This document shows, in pieces, positions 44,593 through 52,402 of a DNA stretch of 64,000 nt (positions are counted from its first letter, which is position 1; each line of letters opens with the position of its first letter). The translations under genes and the position numbers were made by a program. Origin of the DNA: a virus; IMG/VR virus record IMGVR_UViG_3300045988_137393, one strand, 5' to 3'. The notes below the pieces were generated by a model. It was given only the letters and a program-made list of their open reading frames with translations. It ran no database searches and was not told the origin of the DNA.

Positions 44593-46911
44593 TTACGCAC
44601 TCACGTAACATTTACCGATGTTTTTAAAACTAAGACTTGCTCCAATAGCAGCTAATAAAGTAGGTATTGCATTACCACTTTTTACAATACCATCTAAAAC
44701 TTCAATTAATTTTCCACCTGCATCAATTGCACCTTTAAGGAAATCGGACGACAAGAGATCGGCAGATAGTTCTTCTAATTTTGCCTTTGTTTGATCAATG
44801 GTATACTGTACGCTCTGTTGGTGTTTTTTTTCTTCCTCTGCGGCTGAACCAGCGGAATCCATAGCTTCCTGATATGATTTTTCAAGTAGCTCAGGATTAC
44901 TCAAGGCGGCTGCCAAAGCGTTGCTTTGCTGTTTTCCAGCTAATGCCTGAAGTAAAGAACTCTGATCCAGATCGGAAAGATTATTCCAGACTTTTGAGAT
45001 ATTTAATACGATATCATATATACTCTTAAATGTTTTTCCATCTGATTCGAGTATGTCATATCCTGTCATTGCTTTAATCATTTTCTGTAAATCAGCCGTA
45101 GATGTTACAAGACCATCAGTATCCTCGCCAGCCTGTTCTAACTCTGATGTTGCCGAACGGATGCGCATACTAACAACTTTCCACATATTTCCGACCTTTT
45201 CTGGGTTCTGAATTACAGAGTTGGTTGTACTAATTAAGGCTACGCTTTCCTGAAGTGAAGTGTTTGCTGCATTAAATGAAGCTGCTGATCTTTGAAGAGC
45301 TTCACCAATTCCACCAGAATCAATTGGCTCGTTGTTCGATACATTGTTGAAAATGTCAATTATTTTTTCGGCTTCATCAGCTTCCATTTTGAAGCCACGT
45401 AATGTAGAAATCAATGACTCGTTTGCGGTATCAATATCAATTCCATCACCAACATTTTTATATAATAAAGCAACCCTGGCTAATTCCTTACTATCTGGAA
45501 GATTATAACCATTTCTTGACCAGTCTGCTGTCGCAGAAATGGTATCAGAAATTGTTCCACCAATGTCTTTGGCAATATCTGCATAACTGCTAAAATCGCC
45601 ATATATCTGAGATGATGTTGCTTCTGAGACTTTTGCTAAATCTGTAATTTGCGTATTTAAATCAATTACAGTAGAAGCGACCTGTTTAAAACCATTAACA
45701 ATATCATTAAAACCGAAATACATTCCAATTTGTGCAGCAAAACCATAAAATGCTTTCTCTTTAATGACATCAAACATACTTCTGCCAGCACGACCAGCAA
45801 GTTCTTCGGCATTAACAATTTTCATTATTTCGCCATGTATTTTTTCTAAACTGACACTAGGATTTCCAGAAATAAGTTCTTGCTTATATGCTTTAATTTT
45901 AACCTTTGCCTCTGAAGACATTGCTGAATTTTCACGAAGTATTTTATTGATTTTATCAATTTCTTTTTGTCCTGCTAATTGACTATATCCCTTTTCAGAA
46001 GCCGACATATTAGTGACAGTGGCGATAGTTTCTTTGATTTTCTTTTCGTATTTGTCTAAGTTCTGAATATCCTCATCACTAGCGATACCATTTTGATTAG
46101 TCTTTATATTGTCGAGAAGAGTTGCATACTGTTTGACAGCATCACGTACAGCCTGTACATTTTTTAAATATGTATCACTTGTCCAACCACCATCATTAAA
46201 TCTATCAATAGTGGCTTGATATTTATCAACCTTACCATTGTAAGAATCTAACCGTTTATCATACTTATTGAGGTTTGCATTGGCATTCTGTTCTTTAGCC
46301 TGTGTGTTTTCCTTAACTTTCTGAGTATTCTGTTCTAATACATTATTCTCTTCTTTGATGGAATTGGTAACAGACTCTGTAGATGCAGATGAAATATTCG
46401 TTTTCTGTCCAATCTTACTCTGTGCATCAGCCAACTTCTCAGCTTCTTTAGCAGCATCTTGATATGCATTACTAATATTCTCCACCTGTTTGACAGCACC
46501 ACCCGTATTGCCACCCATATTGCTCATGTTTTTATTAACATTGAGAATATTCTGACTCAGTTCAGAAAGTGACTTGTCAATATTCTGAATAGAAGAGAGT
46601 AGTGTTTTAGCACCAGAATCATCCACTTTACCAAAAGCTTTACTTAAACTTTGTACTTCTGATACAATATTTGATAGTTCTTTCGATAAATTCTCAAACT
46701 GTTTAAAATCACCTGTTCCTTTACTAAGAGAATCAAGCATTTTTTCGAGATTAGAAATTACACTGGATAATTTCTTTTCATCGACATTTAATTTGATTTT
46801 ATATTCTTTGCCTTCAACAGTGTCTAATCTGTCTTGGACTTGTTTCATATCTGAAAGTAGTTTTGCTACATTCGATTTGATTTCTACATCATACTGATAT
46901 GTACCTGGCAT
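44593..46911 (-). CDS. tape measure protein, N-terminal portion (TP901-type core region)
   Basis: 772 aa. N-terminal coiled coil, then the block AFYGFAAQIGMYFGFNDIVNGFKQVASTVIDLNTQITDLAKVSEATS...DWSRNGYNL typical of the TP901-family TMP core. It ends abruptly in a hydrophobic segment, ...LLAAIGASLSFKNIGKCYVSA. Confidence 0.7.
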   Translation of the reverse strand: MPGTYQYDVEIKSNVAKLLSDMKQVQDRLDTVEGKEYKIKLNVDEKKLSSVISNLEKMLDSLSKGTGDFKQFENLSKELSNIVSEVQSLSKAFGKVDDSGAKTLLSSIQNIDKSLSELSQNILNVNKNMSNMGGNTGGAVKQVENISNAYQDAAKEAEKLADAQSKIGQKTNISSASTESVTNSIKEENNVLEQNTQKVKENTQAKEQNANANLNKYDKRLDSYNGKVDKYQATIDRFNDGGWTSDTYLKNVQAVRDAVKQYATLLDNIKTNQNGIASDEDIQNLDKYEKKIKETIATVTNMSASEKGYSQLAGQKEIDKINKILRENSAMSSEAKVKIKAYKQELISGNPSVSLEKIHGEIMKIVNAEELAGRAGRSMFDVIKEKAFYGFAAQIGMYFGFNDIVNGFKQVASTVIDLNTQITDLAKVSEATSSQIYGDFSSYADIAKDIGGTISDTISATADWSRNGYNLPDSKELARVALLYKNVGDGIDIDTANESLISTLRGFKMEADEAEKIIDIFNNVSNNEPIDSGGIGEALQRSAASFNAANTSLQESVALISTTNSVIQNPEKVGNMWKVVSMRIRSATSELEQAGEDTDGLVTSTADLQKMIKAMTGYDILESDGKTFKSIYDIVLNISKVWNNLSDLDQSSLLQALAGKQQSNALAAALSNPELLEKSYQEAMDSAGSAAEEEKKHQQSVQYTIDQTKAKLEELSADLLSSDFLKGAIDAGGKLIEVLDGIVKSGNAIPTLLAAIGASLSFKNIGKCYVSA

Positions 46912-46919
46912 TTTCTACC

Positions 46920-47378
46920 TCACTTTCTCAAAATTTGTTCTATTCTGTTATTTATAATTTTGTCTAAGCGACCACCAAATCCACTTTCAATATCTCGTTC
47001 AACATACATATATGGAGGTAATGATTGATGCATCATCCATTTTCCATGACCATGTTCTCCATCAATAAACATATAGTCGAAAGCTGTACTTGGTTTTAAA
47101 CTCTGACCAAACCAACCGACATATGAATCCATTGCGCCTGAATCAACTGAAAAAAGAAGAACGTTCCCTTTACCTCTTGTTTTTGTAGAATCAAGAATTT
47201 TCATGAAGTTATATGTTCTTTCATACGACTGTGGAGTATAGTCGTTATACCAATCTATTAATGAATATCTGACAGATTCTTTTAGAAGTTCATTTGCTTG
47301 TGGAGCAATTTCTTCTGCAATATGATTTTCAATTCTGTCTAACTTCTTTTTAAAATCTGCATATATATTTTTTGCCAT
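46920..47378 (-). CDS. hypothetical tail/structural protein
   Basis: 152 aa, RBS gaggtg, immediately upstream of the tape measure. Confidence 0.4.
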   Translation of the reverse strand: MAKNIYADFKKKLDRIENHIAEEIAPQANELLKESVRYSLIDWYNDYTPQSYERTYNFMKILDSTKTRGKGNVLLFSVDSGAMDSYVGWFGQSLKPSTAFDYMFIDGEHGHGKWMMHQSLPPYMYVERDIESGFGGRLDKIINNRIEQILRK

Positions 47379-47411
47379 TTCATCACCTCAAAAAATTTCA
47401 CTATTTTTACA

Positions 47412-47442
47412 CTAAAATAGGAGAGCAGTATAACCACTCTCC
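47412..47442 (-). terminator. terminator-like hairpin just upstream of the tail gene block
   Basis: Stem ggagag / ctctcc followed on the minus strand by tattttag. It lies 35 nt upstream of the ATG at 47378. Confidence 0.45.
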
Positions 47443-47631
47443 GTAAGAAAAGCCATATACGCTGTTACACGTATAGAGCCTGTTTATTATTTATTCAATT
47501 CATGTTATAATCAATTTGTCTGATAATAGACTGTGTGCAAAAGTGGCGCAGTCGTTGCACGCTGTTATCAGATGAGAAATAAAATTCTCCACAAAGTTAC
47601 ATGACCTTGCGTCATAGAAAGGAGCATATTG

Positions 47632-47781
47632 ATGATGGTTGCTTTATTATTCATCATCATACTTCTGATCGTCTTACTTCCTGTTTGGATTTATGTGCGA
47701 CACCACCGCATGAAAGACATCCGTGTGAAGTTAGCACTGTTCAGAGGTATAGATATTAAGTGCTCTTTCTATAAGGACTAG
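47632..47781 (+). CDS. small hydrophobic peptide (49 aa), antisense to the late operon
   Basis: ATG after gaaaggag. Hand translation gives MMVALLFIIILLIVLLPVWIYVRHHRMKDIRVKLALFRGIDIKCSFYKD. The upstream nested inverted repeat is tctgataa...gtgcaa...ttgcac...ttatcaga (about 47519-47575). A terminator lies downstream. Confidence 0.4.
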   Translation: MMVALLFIIILLIVLLPVWIYVRHHRMKDIRVKLALFRGIDIKCSFYKD

Positions 47782-47815
47782 AAAGACACAAGGATTAAAA
47801 GGAGAATGAGAAAGT

Positions 47816-47840
47816 CCGTGGCAGCCAGTCACGGCTTTTT
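47816..47840 (+). terminator. intrinsic terminator
   Basis: ccgtg-N9-cacgg followed by cttttt. Confidence 0.55.
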
Positions 47841-47879
47841 CGATTTTATAAATCCAAACACCTCATGAAATTTTATTTC

Positions 47880-48272
47880 CTATACACCTTTCAGGACGTA
47901 AATATATTCATTGTTGTGATAATCTTCGTTTGCTGAGTAATTTTCAAATTCAAAATTATGATATATTGATTCACATTCGATTTCATTTTGTGTATTTCTT
48001 GGATCAACTCTCAACTCATGTGTTCTGATAGTCTTTATTTTATTTCCTGAAATCATACAGTCATATAATAGAGGACTAAATGACAGTAAATGGATTACCA
48101 TATTACTATTGGAAGTGTAAGAGACAGACTGAATTAAAGCTCCGTTAAGTTTGATAGTAACATCATTATCTAAGATGAAATCTACATAAGTATATTTATC
48201 AAAAATTAAGAAATCATATTTTTTATCGTTTCCAATAATTTTAAATTCTCCAAGATGATTTAAATTATTCAT
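47880..48272 (-). CDS. hypothetical protein
   Basis: 130-aa ORF. Confidence 0.4.
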   Translation of the reverse strand: MNNLNHLGEFKIIGNDKKYDFLIFDKYTYVDFILDNDVTIKLNGALIQSVSYTSNSNMVIHLLSFSPLLYDCMISGNKIKTIRTHELRVDPRNTQNEIECESIYHNFEFENYSANEDYHNNEYIYVLKGV

Positions 48273-48275
48273 GTT

Positions 48276-48887
48276 CTATACCTCTTTGAAATTGCCATTC
48301 TTAACAAACTCAACTAAATCTTCCTTTGGAATCTCATCGAGTTTCTTACTTACTACGTTCATAAACGGTGTGAGAGTAGCGTTCGCTAAATCAGAAATCC
48401 TTCCAATCTGTTTACTAATAAACGCCTGAGTAGTTGTCTCATTGAACTGAGTGTCTGACTGTTTCATTGTTAAAATGGTATTAAATTCACTTAATTCACT
48501 CATAGGAATAAGTGGATCAGTTTTATCAGAGCCAACCATTAAAATATCGAGTAAACCAGATGATTTAAGTGCGTCATATCCCTTGATAAATCCTTTATCA
48601 TCCTCGTCAATCTCAAGATCTGTATATAATTCAATTACAGCACGACAAAACTGTACATACTGGGCAACAGAATTTACTCTAATCTTATCTGTTTTACGAT
48701 ACTTTGTTACTCCGTTATCATCATAAGATTCCTGCTCAAATGTTGTCTTATCTACAATCAACTGTGCGTAAGCATCTTTCTTGACAATTGATACATATGG
48801 GGTGATTTTGATTTTACTTAATAACTGTTCTTTTAATGTGCTATTTGCCATGTTGTTATACTTTTCTACAAACTCTAAAAGTTTCAT
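48276..48887 (-). CDS. hypothetical protein (possible tail assembly chaperone by position)
   Basis: 203 aa from the internal Met. Acidic. The role is a positional guess only. Confidence 0.35.
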   Translation of the reverse strand: MKLLEFVEKYNNMANSTLKEQLLSKIKITPYVSIVKKDAYAQLIVDKTTFEQESYDDNGVTKYRKTDKIRVNSVAQYVQFCRAVIELYTDLEIDEDDKGFIKGYDALKSSGLLDILMVGSDKTDPLIPMSELSEFNTILTMKQSDTQFNETTTQAFISKQIGRISDLANATLTPFMNVVSKKLDEIPKEDLVEFVKNGNFKEV

Positions 48888-48903
48888 ATTCCTTTTTTCT
48901 CCT

Positions 48904-49473
48904 TTAATCATTTATTGGTGAGAATTTTTCACATTCTCCATTATGTATTTCTTTTTGAATTCGACCTTCTATAGCTTTCTTTAGAAGACTACAGTTTCGT
49001 TTGTATCTTTTACATCCGATGCAGTGAGATTTAAATTCATCAAACTGTGAAGCATTGTCAAAAACTCCAATGTAGTCAACAGGATAGATAGTCAGTTCAA
49101 TTCTAGGATTTTCTGAATCATAATAAATTCTCTGTGGTCTAAATAAAGCTACATTGTCATCTTCCCAGATTAATTGTGTTTCAGTAATAGTGTCATCTAA
49201 ACACTTTTCATAGTTCGCACAATCCTTGTCAATTCTGTCAAAATAAAAAACAGCATCTATATTGAAATGCTGTGTGCTATTTACTTCCAAATCCCAATTT
49301 TGTAATTTAACTTGTTCTTCAATTATTTTCTTAAATTTCTTTTTATAATCTTTTGCTTCCTTCGTTTCATATACCATAGCCATAGGTTTACCATTTTTCA
49401 TTATAGTTCTGACTGAAGTATAATGATTGACTGAAGGTGGGAGAGGAGAAGTAAGCTTTAAAATCTTTCCCAT
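48904..49473 (-). CDS. rusA: RusA-family Holliday junction resolvase with Cys-rich C-terminal extension
   Basis: N-terminus LTSPLPPSVNHYTS and the acidic catalytic region FYFDRIDKDCANYEKCLDDTI...WEDDN fit RusA. The extra tail is HCIGCKRYKRNC...GEC. Start set at the Met after ggagga. Confidence 0.65.
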   Translation of the reverse strand: MGKILKLTSPLPPSVNHYTSVRTIMKNGKPMAMVYETKEAKDYKKKFKKIIEEQVKLQNWDLEVNSTQHFNIDAVFYFDRIDKDCANYEKCLDDTITETQLIWEDDNVALFRPQRIYYDSENPRIELTIYPVDYIGVFDNASQFDEFKSHCIGCKRYKRNCSLLKKAIEGRIQKEIHNGECEKFSPIND

Positions 49474-49493
49474 AATTCCTCCATAAAATAAAA

Positions 49494-49526
49494 AAATGAC
49501 TTTACTATATATAAGTAAGGTCATTT
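49494..49526 (-). other. 12-bp hairpin immediately 3' of tnpB (terminator, IS right-end hairpin or omega-RNA element)
   Basis: aaatgactttac - 9-nt loop - gtaaggtcattt (one G-U pair), located between the tnpB stop (49533) and the rusA start (49473). Confidence 0.4.
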
Positions 49527-49532
49527 TAAAAG

Positions 49533-50729
49533 TTATAATATTTCTAACCTAATTGGGTGAGAACCTACACCCTCTATTCCCTTGTCAAAGACATCGGGAA
49601 CTACCTTTTTCATGATCTGATAAGCACCATTCACATCAGCATTAATTGTTTTACCATTATTGGCAATGAACAGACCTCTATATACTCTTCTTTCTTTATT
49701 ATAATTCTCTTTTATAGGTTGCTCTTTGTCCAAAAATGATGTTCCACTTGTGTATGCTTCTTCTGTCATAACAACTTCAATACCATATTCTTCACATTTG
49801 CTCTGAATTTGACTAATCAACATATCAAATGGAATATATGTGAAGTTCTGCTTATTCTCGTTTTCTTGTTTCCACTTCTTATTTAATCCAATAATCAATG
49901 TATCAATTTTATTCTCTACACAATAATTCACCACCTTTTTACTTGCACAGTGCATAAGATATTTGATCTTCTCATATCTCTTATCTGTAAGTTTCTGAAG
50001 ATTTTTGCTCCAATCTCTACCAGTTTCTTTCTTTAATTGGGATTGCATTTCAGCTTTTCTTTTGTTATAAAACTGATTAACAGATTTGATTGCACCACCT
50101 TTGATTACTACTGGCTGCAAACCAACATTATTAACCATTGTCACAAGATTTTCTGTTCCTAAATCAATGCTACATATTCTTATTCTCTCTTCTACTGCAT
50201 CAGGGACTTCAATTTCATATACAATTTCCATCACATAATAATCGGCTTTAGGGACAAATCTACACTGCATTAATTTGCCAACTGCGTGAGTCTTCACTGT
50301 ATAACCACCAAAAGGTTTAAATGCAATTCTGAATTGTCCATTATTTAATGAGCATTGTATATTCTTCAACATAAAAACCTGTCTTCCATCTTTAGGAAGA
50401 TATTTGGGAAGCTTCGGCATACCTAAATACTTTGATGGATTCTTCTTCCAATCCTTGATTGCCTTAAAATAAGACTTCCACATTTTATCTACTAACTGAA
50501 TTGTTTTCTGAGCTGCTTGTGATCCACACTCTTTATAACAATCCATTGGTTGCATAAGTTTTTGTACGTCATAAGCACTAAGTTTGTTACCATTGTTTAT
50601 AAACTCCTGTCTTATAATGTAGTTCGCTTGATTATATACGTTCTTAGAATAGAAACAATACTGATCAACTACATTGTATATTGGGTTATTCTTTCTTATA
50701 ATTTGTTGTTCAACTCGATTTATCTTCAT
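49533..50729 (-). CDS. tnpB: TnpB (IS200/IS605-family OrfB, RuvC-like RNA-guided nuclease family), variant without zinc-finger cysteines
   Basis: RuvC triad context ICSIDLGTENL (D), VVMTEEAYTSGTSFLD (E) and INADVNGAYQI (D). No CxxC pairs lie between the E and the last D. Start set at the Met 8 nt after aaggagg. Confidence 0.8.
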   Translation of the reverse strand: MKINRVEQQIIRKNNPIYNVVDQYCFYSKNVYNQANYIIRQEFINNGNKLSAYDVQKLMQPMDCYKECGSQAAQKTIQLVDKMWKSYFKAIKDWKKNPSKYLGMPKLPKYLPKDGRQVFMLKNIQCSLNNGQFRIAFKPFGGYTVKTHAVGKLMQCRFVPKADYYVMEIVYEIEVPDAVEERIRICSIDLGTENLVTMVNNVGLQPVVIKGGAIKSVNQFYNKRKAEMQSQLKKETGRDWSKNLQKLTDKRYEKIKYLMHCASKKVVNYCVENKIDTLIIGLNKKWKQENENKQNFTYIPFDMLISQIQSKCEEYGIEVVMTEEAYTSGTSFLDKEQPIKENYNKERRVYRGLFIANNGKTINADVNGAYQIMKKVVPDVFDKGIEGVGSHPIRLEIL

Positions 50730-50761
50730 AGAGGACACCTCCTTACGCATTACAATATAGC

Positions 50762-50825
50762 ACGTATATACGTATATGTCAATTAAAATAATAAGTTTTT
50801 ACGTATTGACTTATATACGTATATA
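50762..50825. promoter_or_regulatory. divergent promoter/operator region with palindromes between tnpB and the RHH gene
   Basis: acgtatatacgt (50762-50773) and tatatacgtatata (50812-50825) are each self-complementary. The arms atatacgtatatgtcaat and attgac-tt-atatacgtatat form a larger inverted repeat. tataat lies at 50832-50837. Confidence 0.45.
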
Positions 50826-50853
50826 TGGTATTATAATCGTGAGGTGAATAGAT

Positions 50854-50997
50854 ATGGCAAAATCAAAATTTACAACAACACTTGATTCAGAATTATTAAA
50901 GAAAGCTAAGATTGAAGCAATTCAATTAGATATAAGTGTTGCACAATTTCTCGAAAAACTTATCGAGAAATACTTTGAGGATAAAGATAAGGAATAA
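50854..50997 (+). CDS. ribbon-helix-helix (CopG/Arc-like) DNA-binding protein (47 aa)
   Basis: RBS gtgaggtg. MAKSKFTTTLDSELLKKAKIEAIQLDISVAQFLEKLIEKYF has the RHH pattern (a beta strand with alternating polar residues, then two helices). Under 60 aa, so absent from the track. Confidence 0.5.
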   Translation: MAKSKFTTTLDSELLKKAKIEAIQLDISVAQFLEKLIEKYFEDKDKE

Positions 50998-51012
50998 TCC
51001 TTATCTTTATCC
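50979..51012. other. perfect 15-bp hairpin overlapping the RHH stop codon
   Basis: ggataaagataagga - ataa - tccttatctttatcc. There is no adjacent T-tract, so it may be a terminator or an element-end structure. Confidence 0.45.
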
Positions 51013-51133
51013 AAAGGTATTCCCAAACGCCTAACAGCAATGGGATAGAGGTTATGGTTCTTAGCCATTTATCAAATATTTTGATAATAAACGGTTATGA
51101 AAAAGCCGATGAATCCGCTCTTTCTTTTAAATA

Positions 51134-51310
51134 TTAAATTTTAAATATGATAAGTCGCAATTCCCAATGAGCATTGGGATATTTATCAATATTACTTATC
51201 ACGAAATTATGTACTTCATTCATATTTCCAAAGTTCTTGTCAACATGAATTACTTTACCACCCAATAATTCCAATTCTTCACAGATTACATTGTAAAATG
51301 TTTTCTCCAT
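51134..51310 (-). CDS. small hypothetical protein
   Basis: 58 aa from the Met after aaggaga. It follows the XRE gene. Confidence 0.35.
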   Translation of the reverse strand: MEKTFYNVICEELELLGGKVIHVDKNFGNMNEVHNFVISNIDKYPNAHWELRLIIFKI

Positions 51311-51321
51311 ATCAATTCTCC

Positions 51322-51555
51322 TTATCTCTTTATGCAAAACAAATCGTACAAATCAACATGTAATACATGAGATAAAGATACTGCATGAGAGAGTAGTATA
51401 TCAGAAGTATATCCATTTTCGAGATTGGATATTGCAGTTGCTGACAATCCTGTACGTCTCGCAAGTTCTGATATTGACATATTCTGTTGATACCTATATC
51501 TGCCTATTTCATTCTTCATGTATTTAGTCTGTGTATAATCTGTTTTTCTATACAT
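51322..51555 (-). CDS. XRE-family helix-turn-helix transcriptional regulator
   Basis: QQNMSISELARRTGLSATAISNLENG is a classic Cro/C1-type HTH. Confidence 0.7.
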   Translation of the reverse strand: MYRKTDYTQTKYMKNEIGRYRYQQNMSISELARRTGLSATAISNLENGYTSDILLSHAVSLSHVLHVDLYDLFCIKR

Positions 51556-51614
51556 ATATAATAAGGAAGAAATTCATAAGTTGAATTACTGGATTTTATG
51601 GTATAATAAAAGTA

Positions 51615-52091
51615 TTAGGGTTCATCCTTAATTGGTAACGACATTACTTCTGGCTTTAATTTATCATGATAGATATCATCGCCCCCAGCGGCTTCGTAAA
51701 TTTTCCCTAACTCCGTAAAAGTTTTTAATCCAGAATTGTCAACATAACCTTTTTCAGAAAATCTAGCATGTAATCCATATAACTGATTTCTTAATGTCGC
51801 AACTGTCCGCTCTTTATCAGCTCTTTCTTTTTCAGTTAATTGACATTTTATATCATCTATACCCTTTGACATTTTAGATATTTCTTTGTATTGCCAATTA
51901 TCATGTTTTTCTAAAGTGGTTATTCTGTCTTCAATTGTTTTTTTATCTTCTTCAAATCCAAATTTTATCCTAAAAGTCTTTTTAATTTTCAAAAATAAAT
52001 ACACTATTTTATCAATACCGAGAATAAAAATAAACACACCCATTATGATAGTTGGATACGGAAGATTAAATAATGCTTCTATTTCGTCCAT
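51615..52091 (-). CDS. membrane-anchored coiled-coil protein
   Basis: N-terminal TM helix PTIIMGVFIFILGIDKIVYLFL followed by a charged helical region. Located downstream of the holin. Confidence 0.4.
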   Translation of the reverse strand: MDEIEALFNLPYPTIIMGVFIFILGIDKIVYLFLKIKKTFRIKFGFEEDKKTIEDRITTLEKHDNWQYKEISKMSKGIDDIKCQLTEKERADKERTVATLRNQLYGLHARFSEKGYVDNSGLKTFTELGKIYEAAGGDDIYHDKLKPEVMSLPIKDEP

Positions 52092-52102
52092 AACACACCA
52101 CC

Positions 52103-52384
52103 TTAATCTTTAGGTTTGTTGTAAGTTAGGGCAATAGAAGAATCTCCAATTCCTTTTGTTGTTGGATCGGTAATTGCATTAAATAATGAAGCTAATACCA
52201 TTACTACTACATATGGATTACTAATTGCTTGTACAAATGTTTCCCATACTTTTGACCAAGTTGTTAAATCTGAAGCTTGTAAACCAAAGTACGTAAGAAT
52301 CGGAATTACAACAGAAATTATAACTTGCGAAATAAATAAAATATTTTCTTTATTAAAACGAACTTTCCAGTTAATTTTATTCAT
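52103..52384 (-). CDS. holin (phi LC3 / LL-H-type family)
   Basis: MNKINWKVRFNKENILFISQVI...DPTTKGIGDSSIALTYNKPK matches the conserved INWKVR N-terminus and the DPTT-x-G-x-xDS...Y..P C-terminus of this holin family. It has two TM segments. Confidence 0.75.
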   Translation of the reverse strand: MNKINWKVRFNKENILFISQVIISVVIPILTYFGLQASDLTTWSKVWETFVQAISNPYVVVMVLASLFNAITDPTTKGIGDSSIALTYNKPKD

Positions 52385-52402
52385 GACTTTTCCTCCTATA
52401 AT

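Noticed and set aside
44585-44600. Group II intron 5' end: GTGCG occurs at the last codons of the 772-aa tape measure ORF (gtg a|gtgcg taa).
   Set aside because: No reverse transcriptase or maturase ORF exists anywhere in the island. I found no domain V-like hairpin with an AGC triad. The candidate 3' boundary would end in TA rather than AY, and the frames only join with a non-canonical boundary.
50751-51133. IStron-type arrangement: a group I intron fused upstream of tnpB.
   Set aside because: The region upstream of tnpB is occupied by a well-formed RHH gene with its own RBS and by operator palindromes. I found no R/S-like elements or GNRA hairpins there, and no flanking gene appears to be split by the element.
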